A DNA stretch of 63,283 bases from Octopus bimaculoides. Taxonomy: Eukaryota. Location of the stretch: contig NC_068989.1 in the NCBI RefSeq assembly GCF_001194135.2, forward strand, positions 81,819,373-81,882,655. The letters are read 5' to 3'. Below, piece by piece: positions 37,079 through 50,115 of this stretch (positions within the stretch are counted from its first letter, which is position 1; the number at the start of each line of letters is the position of its first letter). The translations under genes and the position numbers were made by a program. Under the pieces are notes generated by a model, which saw only the letters and a program-made list of their open reading frames with translations, did no database searches and was not told where the DNA came from.

Positions 37079-40000
37079 GATGTTGGATAATATGAAGTTT
37101 ACAAAGACGATTCAAGATGAAAATATGGGAAATATCCCTGTCAATATAGTTGCTGATGATGGAAGTTGGCGCTCACTCAGATTTGAAGTACCTTATGTGA
37201 GGTCAATCTGTGCCTGCAATACCTCCTGTTTGTCTCCCACAATATATATATGCGCGCGCATGTGTGTGTGAACAAATCTATAACCCCCTTCACCCCCCAC
37301 CATCATTAGATATTCAAATGAAGTTAGTCATTTTGTCTATCTCATTTCTAACTCCCCACCACCACCATTACCAACTTCCTGTCTTTCTGTCTTATCTGTT
37401 AATGAAGCTCAAAGTCTATTTATCATACCCGAGATAATCGTCGTCTAATTAAATATTTGAACAATTAGTTATCAGTTCCTACAAAAGATAGATTGTTGGT
37501 CAGATGACAACACAGTCTTTAGCATTGTCTCAATTCTGAGTTCATACACCACTGACATCAACAGTTTTTCTGTTTTCCCAGGGTTGATAATATCCTGGGG
37601 CCTCCACATCACTATACACCTCTACTACCTAACAAACATTGCCACATGATTAAACAATCTATTAATCATTATCAAACCCATTTTGTATCTGTATGGATAT
37701 ATTTCTGGTGCCACATAGAGGAGCACCCATGCTGGTGCCATGTCAAAAGCACACAAAAAAGCATCTGTGACAGTGTTACATAATCCGTGTCAGCATTACA
37801 TAATAAGCAACAAGTAAAGTAGTTGGTATTAGGAAGGGTATCAAGCCATAGAAATGATGCAAAAACAGACAATTGGAACCTGGTGCAGCTCTCTGGCTGG
37901 CCAGCTTCTGTCAAACGTCCAACCCATACCAGCAGGGAAAACGAACGTTAAATGATGATGATGATATGTATGTGTATATCTATGTAAAGTTTATGTGAAT
38001 ATCTTTGTATGTGGAACAATCTTACTTATAAACACATAATTATAACAGATTCTACACACTTCTAACACAGATGTTTATTTAAGTACGTTGTGTTTTTACA
38101 CACACACATACACATGATGTAGGCTAGTGCCTTGGATGCAAACAATCCTAAAACAGTCTTTTATGGCAAGCTTGCACCCGCAAAGTGACATAAAAACTCT
38201 CTGAAGAGAAATCTGATGATGAGTCAAGTGAATGAAGTAGTGACTTCTTCACGGATTCAACAGCTGATCATGATAACTGGAGATCTCACTACATTAGGGG
38301 CATTACTTTAAAAAAACGAATCATCATCATCGTTTAATGTCCGCTTTCCATGCTAGCATGGGTTGGACGATTTGACTGAGGACTGGTGAACCAGATGGCT
38401 ACACCAGGCTCCAATCTGATTTGGCAGAGTTTCTACAGCTGGATGCCCTTCCTAACGCCAACCACTCTGAGAGTGTAGTGGGTGCTTTTACATGCCACCG
38501 GCACAAGTGCCAGGAACGCAAAGCTGCAGCACAAGTGCCAGGAAGGCGTCACTGGGCACAAGTGCCATCACGATTTTGCTTTCTCTTGCCCCAACAGGTC
38601 TTCACAAGCCGAGTTTCGTGTCCAATGAGGGAGAATAACATTTTATTTTTTCTTGGCCACTCTGTTGTCTGTACTTGTACTCACACACACACACACACAT
38701 CATCATCATCATCATCATCGTCATCATCATTTAATGTCCATTTTCCATTCTGGCATGGCTTGGATGGCTTACCAGGAGCTGGCAAGCCAAAGAGCTGCAC
38801 CAGGCTCCAATTGTCTGTTTTGGCATGGTTTCTATTGCTCAATACCATTCCTAACACTAACCACTTTACAGTGTGTGTGTGTGTGTGTGTGTGTGTGTTG
38901 TAGTGAAAACACAATTGCGTTCTAGTTTTATTTTTTGTATCAAGTTTTTTTCTCATATTTCCATTCGAGTTTCTTGTTTCTTGTAGTTTGTTTGAAAAAC
39001 TAAAGTTCTGGACTACATGGACATTTCTAGGCCTTCACAGTCCCATCTTCAAAATGAAGTGATGTTGATGTATGTTGCTGTCTCTTTATAGTTTGTAATG
39101 TCCACTGTAAAAAAAGATAAAACTAAAACACTAAATTCTCAAAAATCTCTGAAATAAGATTTTTGAGAATCTTTCACATACAGGATGATACAGTGTTTCT
39201 GTTAGAATACCAAAGAGTAGGAATGTAATATGCTGATGTGTTCCCAGTTTTTAAGGACTTCGTCTCTTGTTATTTTTTGGTGAATGATTTTTGTGATCTC
39301 CAGTTGGTGAGTAAGGCCTGGCAGTAGGGTAGCTGGGGGAGGGCATGGAAGAATTGTATGGAGAAGGTCCACACTAGGTAACACTTTTATTGGAGTGGCA
39401 CATTTGGGTCTTTGGTATAAAACTGTATAAAGGACAGGTAAACAGGGGCTGTAAACACAAGATTTGTCTTGGGACATACACACATTCTAGCTAAACCACT
39501 GAAGCCTGGGCTGCTAGGAGACCATAGTTGTGAGCAGTAATCCAACCGACACAAAATAAAAGATTTCCAGTGTCAACATCCTTCTCATGTCTTTCATAAT
39601 AAATGTTTCAGTTTCCAGCCACTGAGCAGTTGACAGATTGTTGACAGACCATAAACATGTCTGGAATGATAAACATCTACTAAGACAGACACAAGCTGGC
39701 AGAAACGTTAGCATGCCGGGCGAAATGCTTAGCAGCATTTCGTCTGCCTTTATGTTCTGAGTTCAAATTCCGCCGAGGTCGACTTTGCCTTTCATCCTTT
39801 CTGGGTCGATAAATTAAGTACCAGTTACGGACTGGTATATATATATCGACCCCAGTACACAACTGGTACTTAATTTATCAACCCCCGAAAGGATGAAAGG
39901 CAAAGTTGACCTCGGCGAAATGTGAACTCAGAACGTAATGAGAGACGAAATATTGCTAAGCATTTCGCCCAGCATGCTAATGTTTCTGTCAGCTCGCCNN

Positions 40001-41942
40001 NNNNNNNNNNNNNNNNNNNNNNNNNNNNNNNNNNNNNNNNNNNNNNNNNNNNNNNNNNNNNNNNNNNNNNNNNNNNNNNNNNNNNNNNNNNNNNNNNNNN
40101 NNNNNNNNNNNNNNNNNNNNNNNNNNNNNNNNNNNNNNNNNNNNNNNNNNNNNNNNNNNNNNNNNNNNNNNNNNNNNNNNNNNNNNNNNNNNNNNNNNNN
40201 NNNNNNNNNNNNNNNNNNNNNNNNNNNNNNNNNNNNNNNNNNNNAAAAAAAAAAAAAAAAAAAAAATCAATATTTAAATATATATTTATAATGTAAGTTT
40301 TATGAACTAGATATAAAACCTATTAATTGCTATGTAAAATATATATCAAGTAAATGTTCTCAAACTTTAAACTTTGATATTATGATAGTCTAGATATGCG
40401 TCAGTGAATGACATAACCAGTAGAATCACAAAATGTTTGGTGCTATTTAGTTACGTCCCTTTGTATTTAAAACCCAGTGAAGGCACGTGACTTAGTGACT
40501 TGGGTATTAGCTCACAATCCTAAGGTCTTGAGTTTGATTCCTGCCAACACATTATATCCTTCATCAAGACCCTTTATTTCTTGTTGCTCCAAATCATTCA
40601 GCTGGCAAAAACGAGTAGTACTTGTATTTCAAAGGGCTACCCTAGTTACATTTTGTGTCATGCTGAATCTCCCTGAGGTCTATGTTAAGGATACGCCTGT
40701 CTGTAGAGGTTGCTTGGCCACTTTCACATTAATTTCATGAGCAGGCTGTTCTGTTGATTGAACCAAGTGAAATTCTCATCATTATAACTGATGGAATATC
40801 AGTATTTATAACCCGGAGGTGTCGACTTGATCTTTCATCTTGCCTCCATCGATAAAAGATAAGATTAATAAAAGATTTCTTTTACCGAAAGTTTTAAGTG
40901 CTGGACTTAATTTAACTGCACCCACCCACATCACAAAATGTTTGACTTGTGTTGATGTTAAAAATCATGAAAATATTCTGGCTGCTTCCTGTGGAAACGG
41001 TATGCTGCCAACTTAAATTGAATCTGATCCAGTGCCCAACGAAGTCAGTTCAGTATTAACAGTTGAAGATGTTGCATAACCCCAGGTCAGTCCTGAACCA
41101 GCAGATGTATAATCAAATGTTTTCTAGCTGTGACTATCTCATGTTATTTTTTTTTTTCCAGCATAATGTATTTAAGACTACATTATCCTATGTCTCATAC
41201 CTTTTTTTGAGACAGTAGATTGTGACTTGGGGGAAATTTGGCTGGTATTTCTATCAGGTCAAATAACTATTTAGAGGCATCCTGGTTTTTATTGTTGCTG
41301 TTTAACCCTGGATCAGCTTTGATCCAGCAGACCAAGGCTCCACGATCTTGCTAATTTTTCTTCAGAAAGTGCATCTAGATGGTTGGAGTGATTTTAAGCA
41401 AATTTGGCTGTTATTTTAAGCAAATTTGGCTGTTATTTCTAAAAAAGCGAAGTGAACACACAGGAACCCTTACATTGAAATATAGTAGTTTCATGATGTG
41501 TAGGTAGACTGTCATAATACTTGAAGGTTAATGTATTTGTTTTTTATTTTTTATAAAATGTTCATCAGTGTACAACTTTCAAAGCTTGTTAGACCAGGAA
41601 TATAAAGTACTCCAGATTAGACCAGTCTTACAAATGCATTGTAAATATAAGATTAGAAATGTGTTATTTTTATATATATATATATATATAGCGGGGGAGA
41701 ATTTACAAAAAAACAAAAGACGAAGACAGGTGGTGTAGACAACAAACAAATGTAATAGTATAATGCTCGAGAAGTGAAAAAGTCTTTAATGTTTTGAGCC
41801 TACGCTCTTCCACAGAAAGAAAGGAGAGAAAATAAAGAATGTGTAGTGGCTAGCAATCTATCATGGCGAATATATATNNNNNNNNNNNNNNNNNNNNNNN
41901 NNNNNNNNNNNNNNNNNNNNNNNNNNNNNNNNNNNNNNNNNN

Positions 41943-41979
<37 letters not shown>

Positions 41980-41982
41980 TAT

Positions 41983-42212
41983 ATACAAGGGAGTGCTGAA
42001 AAGTACTTGGCTTTAAGGGTATTACAAAAGGCCTGGCTGGAGGCCTAACCTTCTGAGTTCTTTCACAGGGCTTACAAAACCTGAAGGACCACTGCAATAA
42101 GTGTGTGAATCTGAGAGGGGAATATGTTGAATAAAATCATAATTAACTGTTCCTCTTGTTTCTGACTTTTATCCAAAGTCAGAAACTTTTTAGTAGCCCC
42201 TCACACACACAC
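41983..42212 (+). mobile_element. Internally deleted mariner (MITE-like)
   Basis: TIR-like ends tacaagggagtgctgaaaag... and ...ctttttagtagcccctca. The internal remnant translates as the mariner C-terminus (GLQNLKDHCNKCVNLRGEYVE*). Confidence 0.7.
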
Positions 42213-42497
42213 ACACACTGTACTTCTGGTTAGACCTGTGTTACATAAACATCACGTATTTCAGGTTAGATTTGTCATAATATACAATATATTTCATGTT
42301 AGATCCCTCATATATACACTATGTATTCCAACTTAGACCTGTCTAACATATATCATGTATCCCATGTTACCGCAGAACAGTTGCATTTCAAAGAGAATGA
42401 TTAAATAAAATGTTCGCCCAATCTTATCATCACACTAGTGTATGTTGATTGTTTAATGAGATACCCATCTATACAAACACCAAGGTACACAAAGTAC

Positions 42498-42532
<35 letters not shown>

Positions 42533-45500
42533 CATGTGTGAGTATGAATCAGTTGTTTATATGTTTTAAAATTTTGAAGAGTGATTGTTATCTGCAGCTA
42601 TGACCTGATTGACTGTCCTTGTGAGTCATTGAAATGTTCTCACTGAAACAAATCAAGTGTGATTCGTTCAAGTGATAGCAAAGAGTTATAGAGAACTTCC
42701 CACTGAAGTAATGGATCCTGTGTGTAGTGAGAGCGCTTATATTCCTAATATCAAGAATGTATGCAATAGGAAAAACAAAGATATGTGGATTCTAATATAT
42801 TTGAAAGACTCAGATAACGACAATAGATTAAAATTACCTTCCTCCCCTGTAGTGACGTGTAAAAATTATTACATAAATGGCTTCGTCATGAAAGACAGGG
42901 GAGATAACCCTAGAATTTCTATTGAACATAGACTATAGTGGAGTCTGAACCCTTAATAGTAAGGGGGACAACTCTGGACATGTTTCTATCTCATTAAATC
43001 TCATCTCACCTCAACATCTATTGTATTCTATATTTAATTAATTTATATTCTGGGGTTGTCTTCCCACTTTCCTTGATTAAAGTTAATCATTAAGATACTT
43101 AATTTTTTTTTTATCAATGTGGCTGTCATTTTAATTAATAAAAAAAGGTTTTATCTTCTTACACATAACTATTTACTATTAATATGATCCCTGCCATTGT
43201 AGATGAAAAATGTTTCCTACTACAAGGCTCAGTTCTTGGTCTTCAATTATATTTCCATTCACATCCAGAATATGTTATAACCATGATTTTTAAAGAGGGA
43301 AAGAGCTCCCTTCTGTGTTGAGAGGATTGAAAAGGAGACAGACAAAGAATTGTGTTTCAAAGGGAAAAAAAAATTTCAAGATCATTTGAAGCATTTAAAG
43401 CTTCTTGTTCAACAGTATGGGGATGAGGTGACTTGTGGCAGGATTGAGGTGTTCCTTAAGAATACAAATGTGACCAGACTCCTTTTATTTGGGGAACTCA
43501 TATATGCTATACTGCTTTCTGACTCACATCATTTAATTCATATACTGTTGTTTTATTAGAATTATTCCCTTTCATCTCAGATTTCTCATAGGCATTTTTA
43601 TATAATTTTCTCTTTGTCAATTTATAAAATTTACTTATTTATTTTTTTTTACTATAGTTTAAAATTATTGAAATAAAATTAATTTACTTTTTATACTTTC
43701 TGAGTTTTTTTCATATTAACATTTGTTTTGGCTGTAAAATGTGTTGCCTGTTAAAAGAGTGTGCTAGCATGGAAAATGTGATAATATTCTTTATAAATTT
43801 AAGCTGGGAAAGTGCGGAGCAAGAAGAAATTGCTGCTGAAATAAGATTTGAAATAAAAAATATTACTCTTAGCTTCATTCAAATGTAAAGGTATACTAGA
43901 ATCTTTAGATTCTAACTAACCCCATGAAAAAAGTTCTTTGGTGGCTGATAGGAAGGGCTGGGTTTGAAGTCCTTATATTGATGAAGACGCAAATCTGTCT
44001 TTCAAAATTTTAAAAATGCTCAGTTAACTTACTCTTATGTTTTTCTAATTATAGCTGAGCACACATCTAAGAATACAGAAATATGAGCTCATTTAGTTTG
44101 GAAGAATGAAAAGGATGCACTCTAACTTGTTTATTAACAGTGAGGTAGGCCATAGTATCCTGTTGGCTGAGAAATAATAAGAGATAAATAGTGTGGTGGT
44201 TTTAGTGAAATTTAACTTTCTCAACTGAAAAATGGAAATTCATTCTCACTAGAGACAAAAGATTTGGAATCTCTGTTCATGAAATTCTATAAATCAACAC
44301 TATTGGACTCTTGATACCCACCAACACTCATAACTTCTATAAAGCTTTATCAACAAACCTCTTTTTTCCAGTGTGCTAAACAGTTATCTTCCCCAGACTC
44401 AGCATAAACCATTGAGTATGGTCTCAGTTAGATATGTTCATGGAAGGGCTCTTGGAGGTGAAAAAGTGACCCTTCAAATCTAGTCACTTCACCAACATGC
44501 AGCTTAAGTACACACTAGTCTTCTCTTAAATCTCTTCCTTACTTTCTTCATCCAAAACACACTTAAAGGCAAATTATTTAAATTCAAAATCCATTTTCAG
44601 TTGTAATATTTTTAAGCTTCCACTTTTTCTTGTTATGTATTTTTCCAGGTTCAATTTAAAATATTATCACTCCTGCATCTGCATTTTTCCTGCTTGTATA
44701 AATATAGTACTTTTACAAGAAGAGGGGTGACAGTGACTTCAAAGTTTTGCTCCTACCCTCCCACCTTTGTTGTCCCACTCATTACAGCCATTCTCACCGA
44801 CCTCTGTTACTGTTCCTCGCCTTCCCCTCCCTCTCTGTTCTTACACACTGCACATCAACTCCCTGATCTATCCACAGTTTCATGATGCTACTGATCTCCA
44901 TATCTCTTGTACTGCTTCTTGTCATCTCCTTCTTCTTGTCTTTATCTCTTTTCTACTTCACCCCAGTCATTCCAGTCCTCTTTTCTAAAATATGAGAAAC
45001 CATGTGGCTCCTCTACAGGGAGAAACCTGTACTGCTCTGTACCACTCTCTCATACATTAAACCCTCATTGCCTAACATATAACTGCCCCTCTTGAGGTTC
45101 ATAGTCTTACAAACTGCATAGTGGAAAGAATCTTGTATACACTGTAGAGTGGTCAATGTTAGGAAGAGCATCCATCCATAGGATCAAGATGATTGGCAAT
45201 TTATTGGGCTTGAGAAGACCAGTCTGTTTCAGTAAAAATGAGGCCTTAAAAGTATATCATTCATATCTATGTCCCTGTACCCAATCTGTCCCTTATGTGT
45301 CTCTTTCCCTCAACTTATCTTCCAAATACCCATCCTTTTATCACTCATGTCCATGGCACGATTCACTCAGCTGCTGTAGTTATATAAGAGTGAAACAACA
45401 CCAAGTTCTTCCTCATCTTCATGTACTCTCACTCGCTCTCCATGGAACCACTTCTCTCTGTCTCTTGCATTCTCAGTGTCATCCATTATCATCTTATTTT

Positions 45501-47009
45501 CCACCGAACACCCCTTTCACCTCCATTTTTTCCCCTTGTACACCCTCTCATTCTGCCTATGACAGCCCCCTCGACCTATCTTCAACTGCTATTTTCACCC
45601 CTATGTACCTCTGACCTTATCCTTGGTTCTGTGCCTCTCTTGCACACCACTCACATTTCACATCACCTGTACTACATTCTATTACTTCCACCATCCCCAT
45701 CATTGACCATTCACCTTATCTCTACCTATATTAATCTGTCACTCTCCTTTTGCACCCTAGCACACTTGCCTGCCAGTTCACCCTGTCCACTTCTCTGGAC
45801 TACTCTTATATTCACTTTCCTGTAACTTGAATGTGTACCTTAACACATCTTAACTACCATCTCTTTTTTCTAACTGGTTAATCATGTGTCTCCTCTACTG
45901 GAAGACACGTGTCTGTTCCACTATCATACTGTAACTTCTCGTCATCCATCGATATTACACTCACCTCAGTCGAGAGGGTCTTGTCTTGCAGTTTACTTGA
46001 TCACACTGGTGACATTTAAATAGTACCCAATACACTCTGTGAAGTTGTTGGCATTAGGAAGGGCATCCAGGCAAAATAACCATGCCAAAGCAAAAACTGG
46101 AGCTTGCAGTCCTTTTGCCAAACTGTCCAACCCATGCCTACATGGAACATGGACGTTAAACATATTTCGACGACGACACCGATGATGATTACCTATCAAT
46201 GTATCAACTATTTTCAAGTCTCACTACTTCAGTACATCATTCATTATTACATTTTAATGTTATATGAAACCATTCACTCAGAAATATTTAATTCAAGAAG
46301 TTCGGCATTGAAAATTTAAATTTTTACATGTTGCTGTCATGCAACACGACACCGATATGTTGGATCACTCAAATATCTGTTTGCTTACTTCATCACAAAA
46401 CGTGTAAACAGCTAATGGATTAATAAGCAGAAGAATTTGTCTTCCTTTAAGGCATGAATCAAATTAGACCAAGAATGGTTAATACGGTATTAATAATGTC
46501 TGTCAGAAATAATACATACATCAACTTGATAGTAGCGCAGTAAATAGAAGGTTTTTTTCGTATAATTTTATAAGGAAGGTATAAATGTTGAAAAAATAAT
46601 TATATTTGACAAATAATTATAATTAATATTTTAGTGCCATTTAAATGTGAATATAACAATATAATTACACTAATTGGTCACTAATAAATATATATTACGA
46701 TATGTTATGCAATACGGAAAACGTAAATACGGCTAAGAATAGTTAGATAGAGTCATAACGGCACTCGTGTCTACCAAAAACTTAATGTCTGTTGATCTTC
46801 ATTCCTCACTCCAAGTATTATTTCTTCCAACTTTTTAACTATTTCTGTTCTGGTAAGTCACTTAATTCTTATTGTCCACTCTTTACTGCTTTATTTAGAG
46901 ATTTTTGATATTCAGGCTACTCGAATGTTCCAGTATGACAAGATTAATGTCTACCATGAAAATATTTCTTCAGAAATACCAAAGATAATGGGATAGTTTA
47001 AGCTGCTGC

Positions 47010-47054
<45 letters not shown>

Positions 47055-47339
47055 ATAAAAGAGTTTCGTAATGTGCGTGTTTAATATATATGTATATATA
47101 TATATGTGTGTATATTTAAATCTCTACCAAATATTTTGGTAAAATATTGTACCTGTTATCAAAGTAGCAAAATTCTCACTTGAAAAGTTAAGTTGTTTAT
47201 ACTTTGTTTAAATATAAAGACTTTCATATATGTGATACAATTTTGGGTGCATATCAATTTAAATAAGAGCCATAACGCAATCCTATAATAATAAAACTTG
47301 TTTATTATCCTAATATATTATTATATATATAATATATTA

Positions 47340-47567
47340 AACACGCACGTTACAACACTTATTTTACAATGAGTTTATTGACGACGAAATATTGCGCATT
47401 TCGGTAATATTTTCTCGGTTATAGTTTCTCTTTTCATGACTACCTAATGTTCCTACGTTTTTTCTTTTAATCTATTTTATTTACGTCGTTTTATATAATT
47501 TCTGCTACTGTCGTCCTATTTAGCCCTTGCTCTGTTCATTTATATTAGTCTATATCACTGTCTAGGT
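47340..47567 (+). promoter_or_regulatory. Possible CpG-enriched promoter and non-coding first exon of ZNF622
   Basis: The ZNF622 ATG exon starts at an acceptor (ccag|, 50094), so an upstream non-coding exon is implied. There is local CpG enrichment and a TAG|GTAACA donor at 47566. The assignment is inferred. Confidence 0.3.
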
Positions 47568-48333
47568 AACAAGAGACGCGATACTTGTACAAACACAAAG
47601 TTCCTTTCTTTTCCCTTATTTCCTTCAATAATTCCCACTCCGTCTTTTTACAAAACACTTCCTCTACAAAATAATAATAATAATAATAAATAAAAAGAAA
47701 GATAGAAAGAAAACTAAAAATTCCATGAGCCATGTTTCACGACAGTTACCTAATATGAAAGAAATGATTCTTCCGAGTTCGACTTTGCCTTTCCTCCTTT
47801 TGGGGTCTATAAAATAAATTACCAGTCCAGTACTGGTCGATGTTATCGACTATCCCCTTCTCCCTAAAATTACTAGCCTTGTGCCAAAATTTGACACAAT
47901 CATCAAAGAAACTGTTATTCCTATACTTTTCAATCGAAATACTCCCCACACGCCTTAACAACCCGTGTTTATTGTAAATAAAGGGTCTCTAATCAGTTTT
48001 GATTGGGAAGACCAATAGAGGAACATGTATTTACTGCACTGCAACGGTCAATCTATTACGTCGAAGTTAATGTTTGTTTTGACCTGTTTTTGGAGCTGAT
48101 ATTGCACCACCTTGGGAAATTTATGTAGACTAGTTTTGTATGTGTTAGTCTGAGATGGTCGAGGCAGCAGTACCTTAAACTGTTGTAAGTCCCTCATTGG
48201 ATCTCTACAATGTTAAAGGATGGAATTTTAGATATAAAAAAAAAGGGAGAGAGAAACCCTTCCCTTTTTTTTTTAACCATTCTACGGTTTCACGCAACAC
48301 TATTTTTACATAGACCTGACCGTCTTGCGCTTT

Positions 48334-48386
<53 letters not shown>

Positions 48387-50115
48387 GCAAAAACACCCTG
48401 CAGACTACTATAGTCAATAAAATAGGGGAGGAAAGTGTTCTTTCTCTGCCATGGCTGGGGGCTTAGGGGTTCCAGGTGTAGAATATTTAGTACTGTGTAG
48501 GTAGGAGGAGAGAGGAGGATTACTTCAAATGTTGTTTAGCCCCGGGTCAGTCCTGATTGAGTAGATTTATGATTAAATGTATTCCAGTCGTTACTATCCT
48601 GTCTTGAATTATTTGGTACTTAAGAGATTGCCAGCAATATTTGAATGTATTGAAATTAAAATAAAATAGTTAAAATATGGTGTTATCTTTCTTTCATCAT
48701 CAATTTGTGCTTCTCCAGTTACATGATAGCATAAATATACAAAAAAATTACTGTTAATTAAAAAAAAAAGATCTGTATTGATATATCAAACAGCTTTTCG
48801 TTTTACAGCTGGTAATTACAGGCATTGATGTTTTTTTTTCTTTTTTTAGTTTCATGCTTAACTGTCAAAATTCTCTTTCCAAATCCTTCATTTATTTGTT
48901 TTGGTTATTGTATAGCCACAGGAGAGCATTTAAACTGGCCATAACTGGGCCAAATATTCTACCTGTTTAATGTGAATGTGACCAAATCCAGCCTTTCACA
49001 CTTATGCTACAATGTCATTGTAAAAATAAACAATCACATCATCAAAGCTGTATGATAGAGCATGATTAAATGAAAACATTATGAATAAATAAGTATTATA
49101 TTTGGCAGAGTAATCTAAATACTAGAGGGCCGAGTGAGAGTATTTTTTAAAAGTCCTGATTGTCATTGATGCTACAGGTATCTTTCTCTCCATACAGTCA
49201 TATGCATCAAGCAGAATTTCTTTAGATCTATTCCCTCCTGCAAGCTCTTTTAGTTTCCATATCTTCCTTCTTCACATTGTCTTTTGCATCTTCCTGGCTC
49301 TGATTCTGAAATTACTAACCACTAATCTATGTTGCATAGTGCATTCTTCCCTAGGAAAGGTTTTGTTATTTACAATAGTCCCTCTCCCGTTTCCTGGTGA
49401 AAATATAATCTATTTGACTTATGTGTTAACCAGATTGGTAGGCGATGAAGTGACTGGCAGGTTTCTTAAATGGTGTGTTGCAAATTGTCTGATTAAATTG
49501 CATTACAGAACTCTCAGAGCTTTACATCCTCTTTATTTCTCTCACCATAGCCTCCATGTATGTCATGGTGTGTTGGCCTATGTGACCATTGAAGATGCCA
49601 GTCACAATGATATCATAATCATTGAGGTAGTTTGCAGAAGGGTCTGCTAGAAGCAATCTTTCTTTTCCTCTGTTGATCCTGCTTGTGGTGTGTATGCAGA
49701 GATGATAAATATTACTGAGTTATCTCTAATTAGTTTCGTCTTAGTTGGAAGAATGCATGTCTTCAGTGATAAATCTGATTGATCATTGGTTCATTACAGC
49801 TTGTAACTATGAAGAATTAGAAAAGTTGTGTGCTTTGTCAGCAGTTTGTAGATTTATACATAATTATTTTTTTCCTTTTCTGATGATTAACCATTATTCT
49901 TTCATTTTCCAATATTTGCTGCATATGCTACAATAAGTACTGTTTAAATTGTTATCAGTAAATAAATGTGTGTGTGTGTGTGAAATTCGTTGAATTGTAG
50001 TAAACAACTCCAGGTTTTGATTTTTGTATTTGAGTTAATAAAACAGTTTTTTTTTTTTTTTTAGTAAATTCATATAATTTGTTATTTATTCCAGTCGGTA
50101 GTTTCACCTACCACT

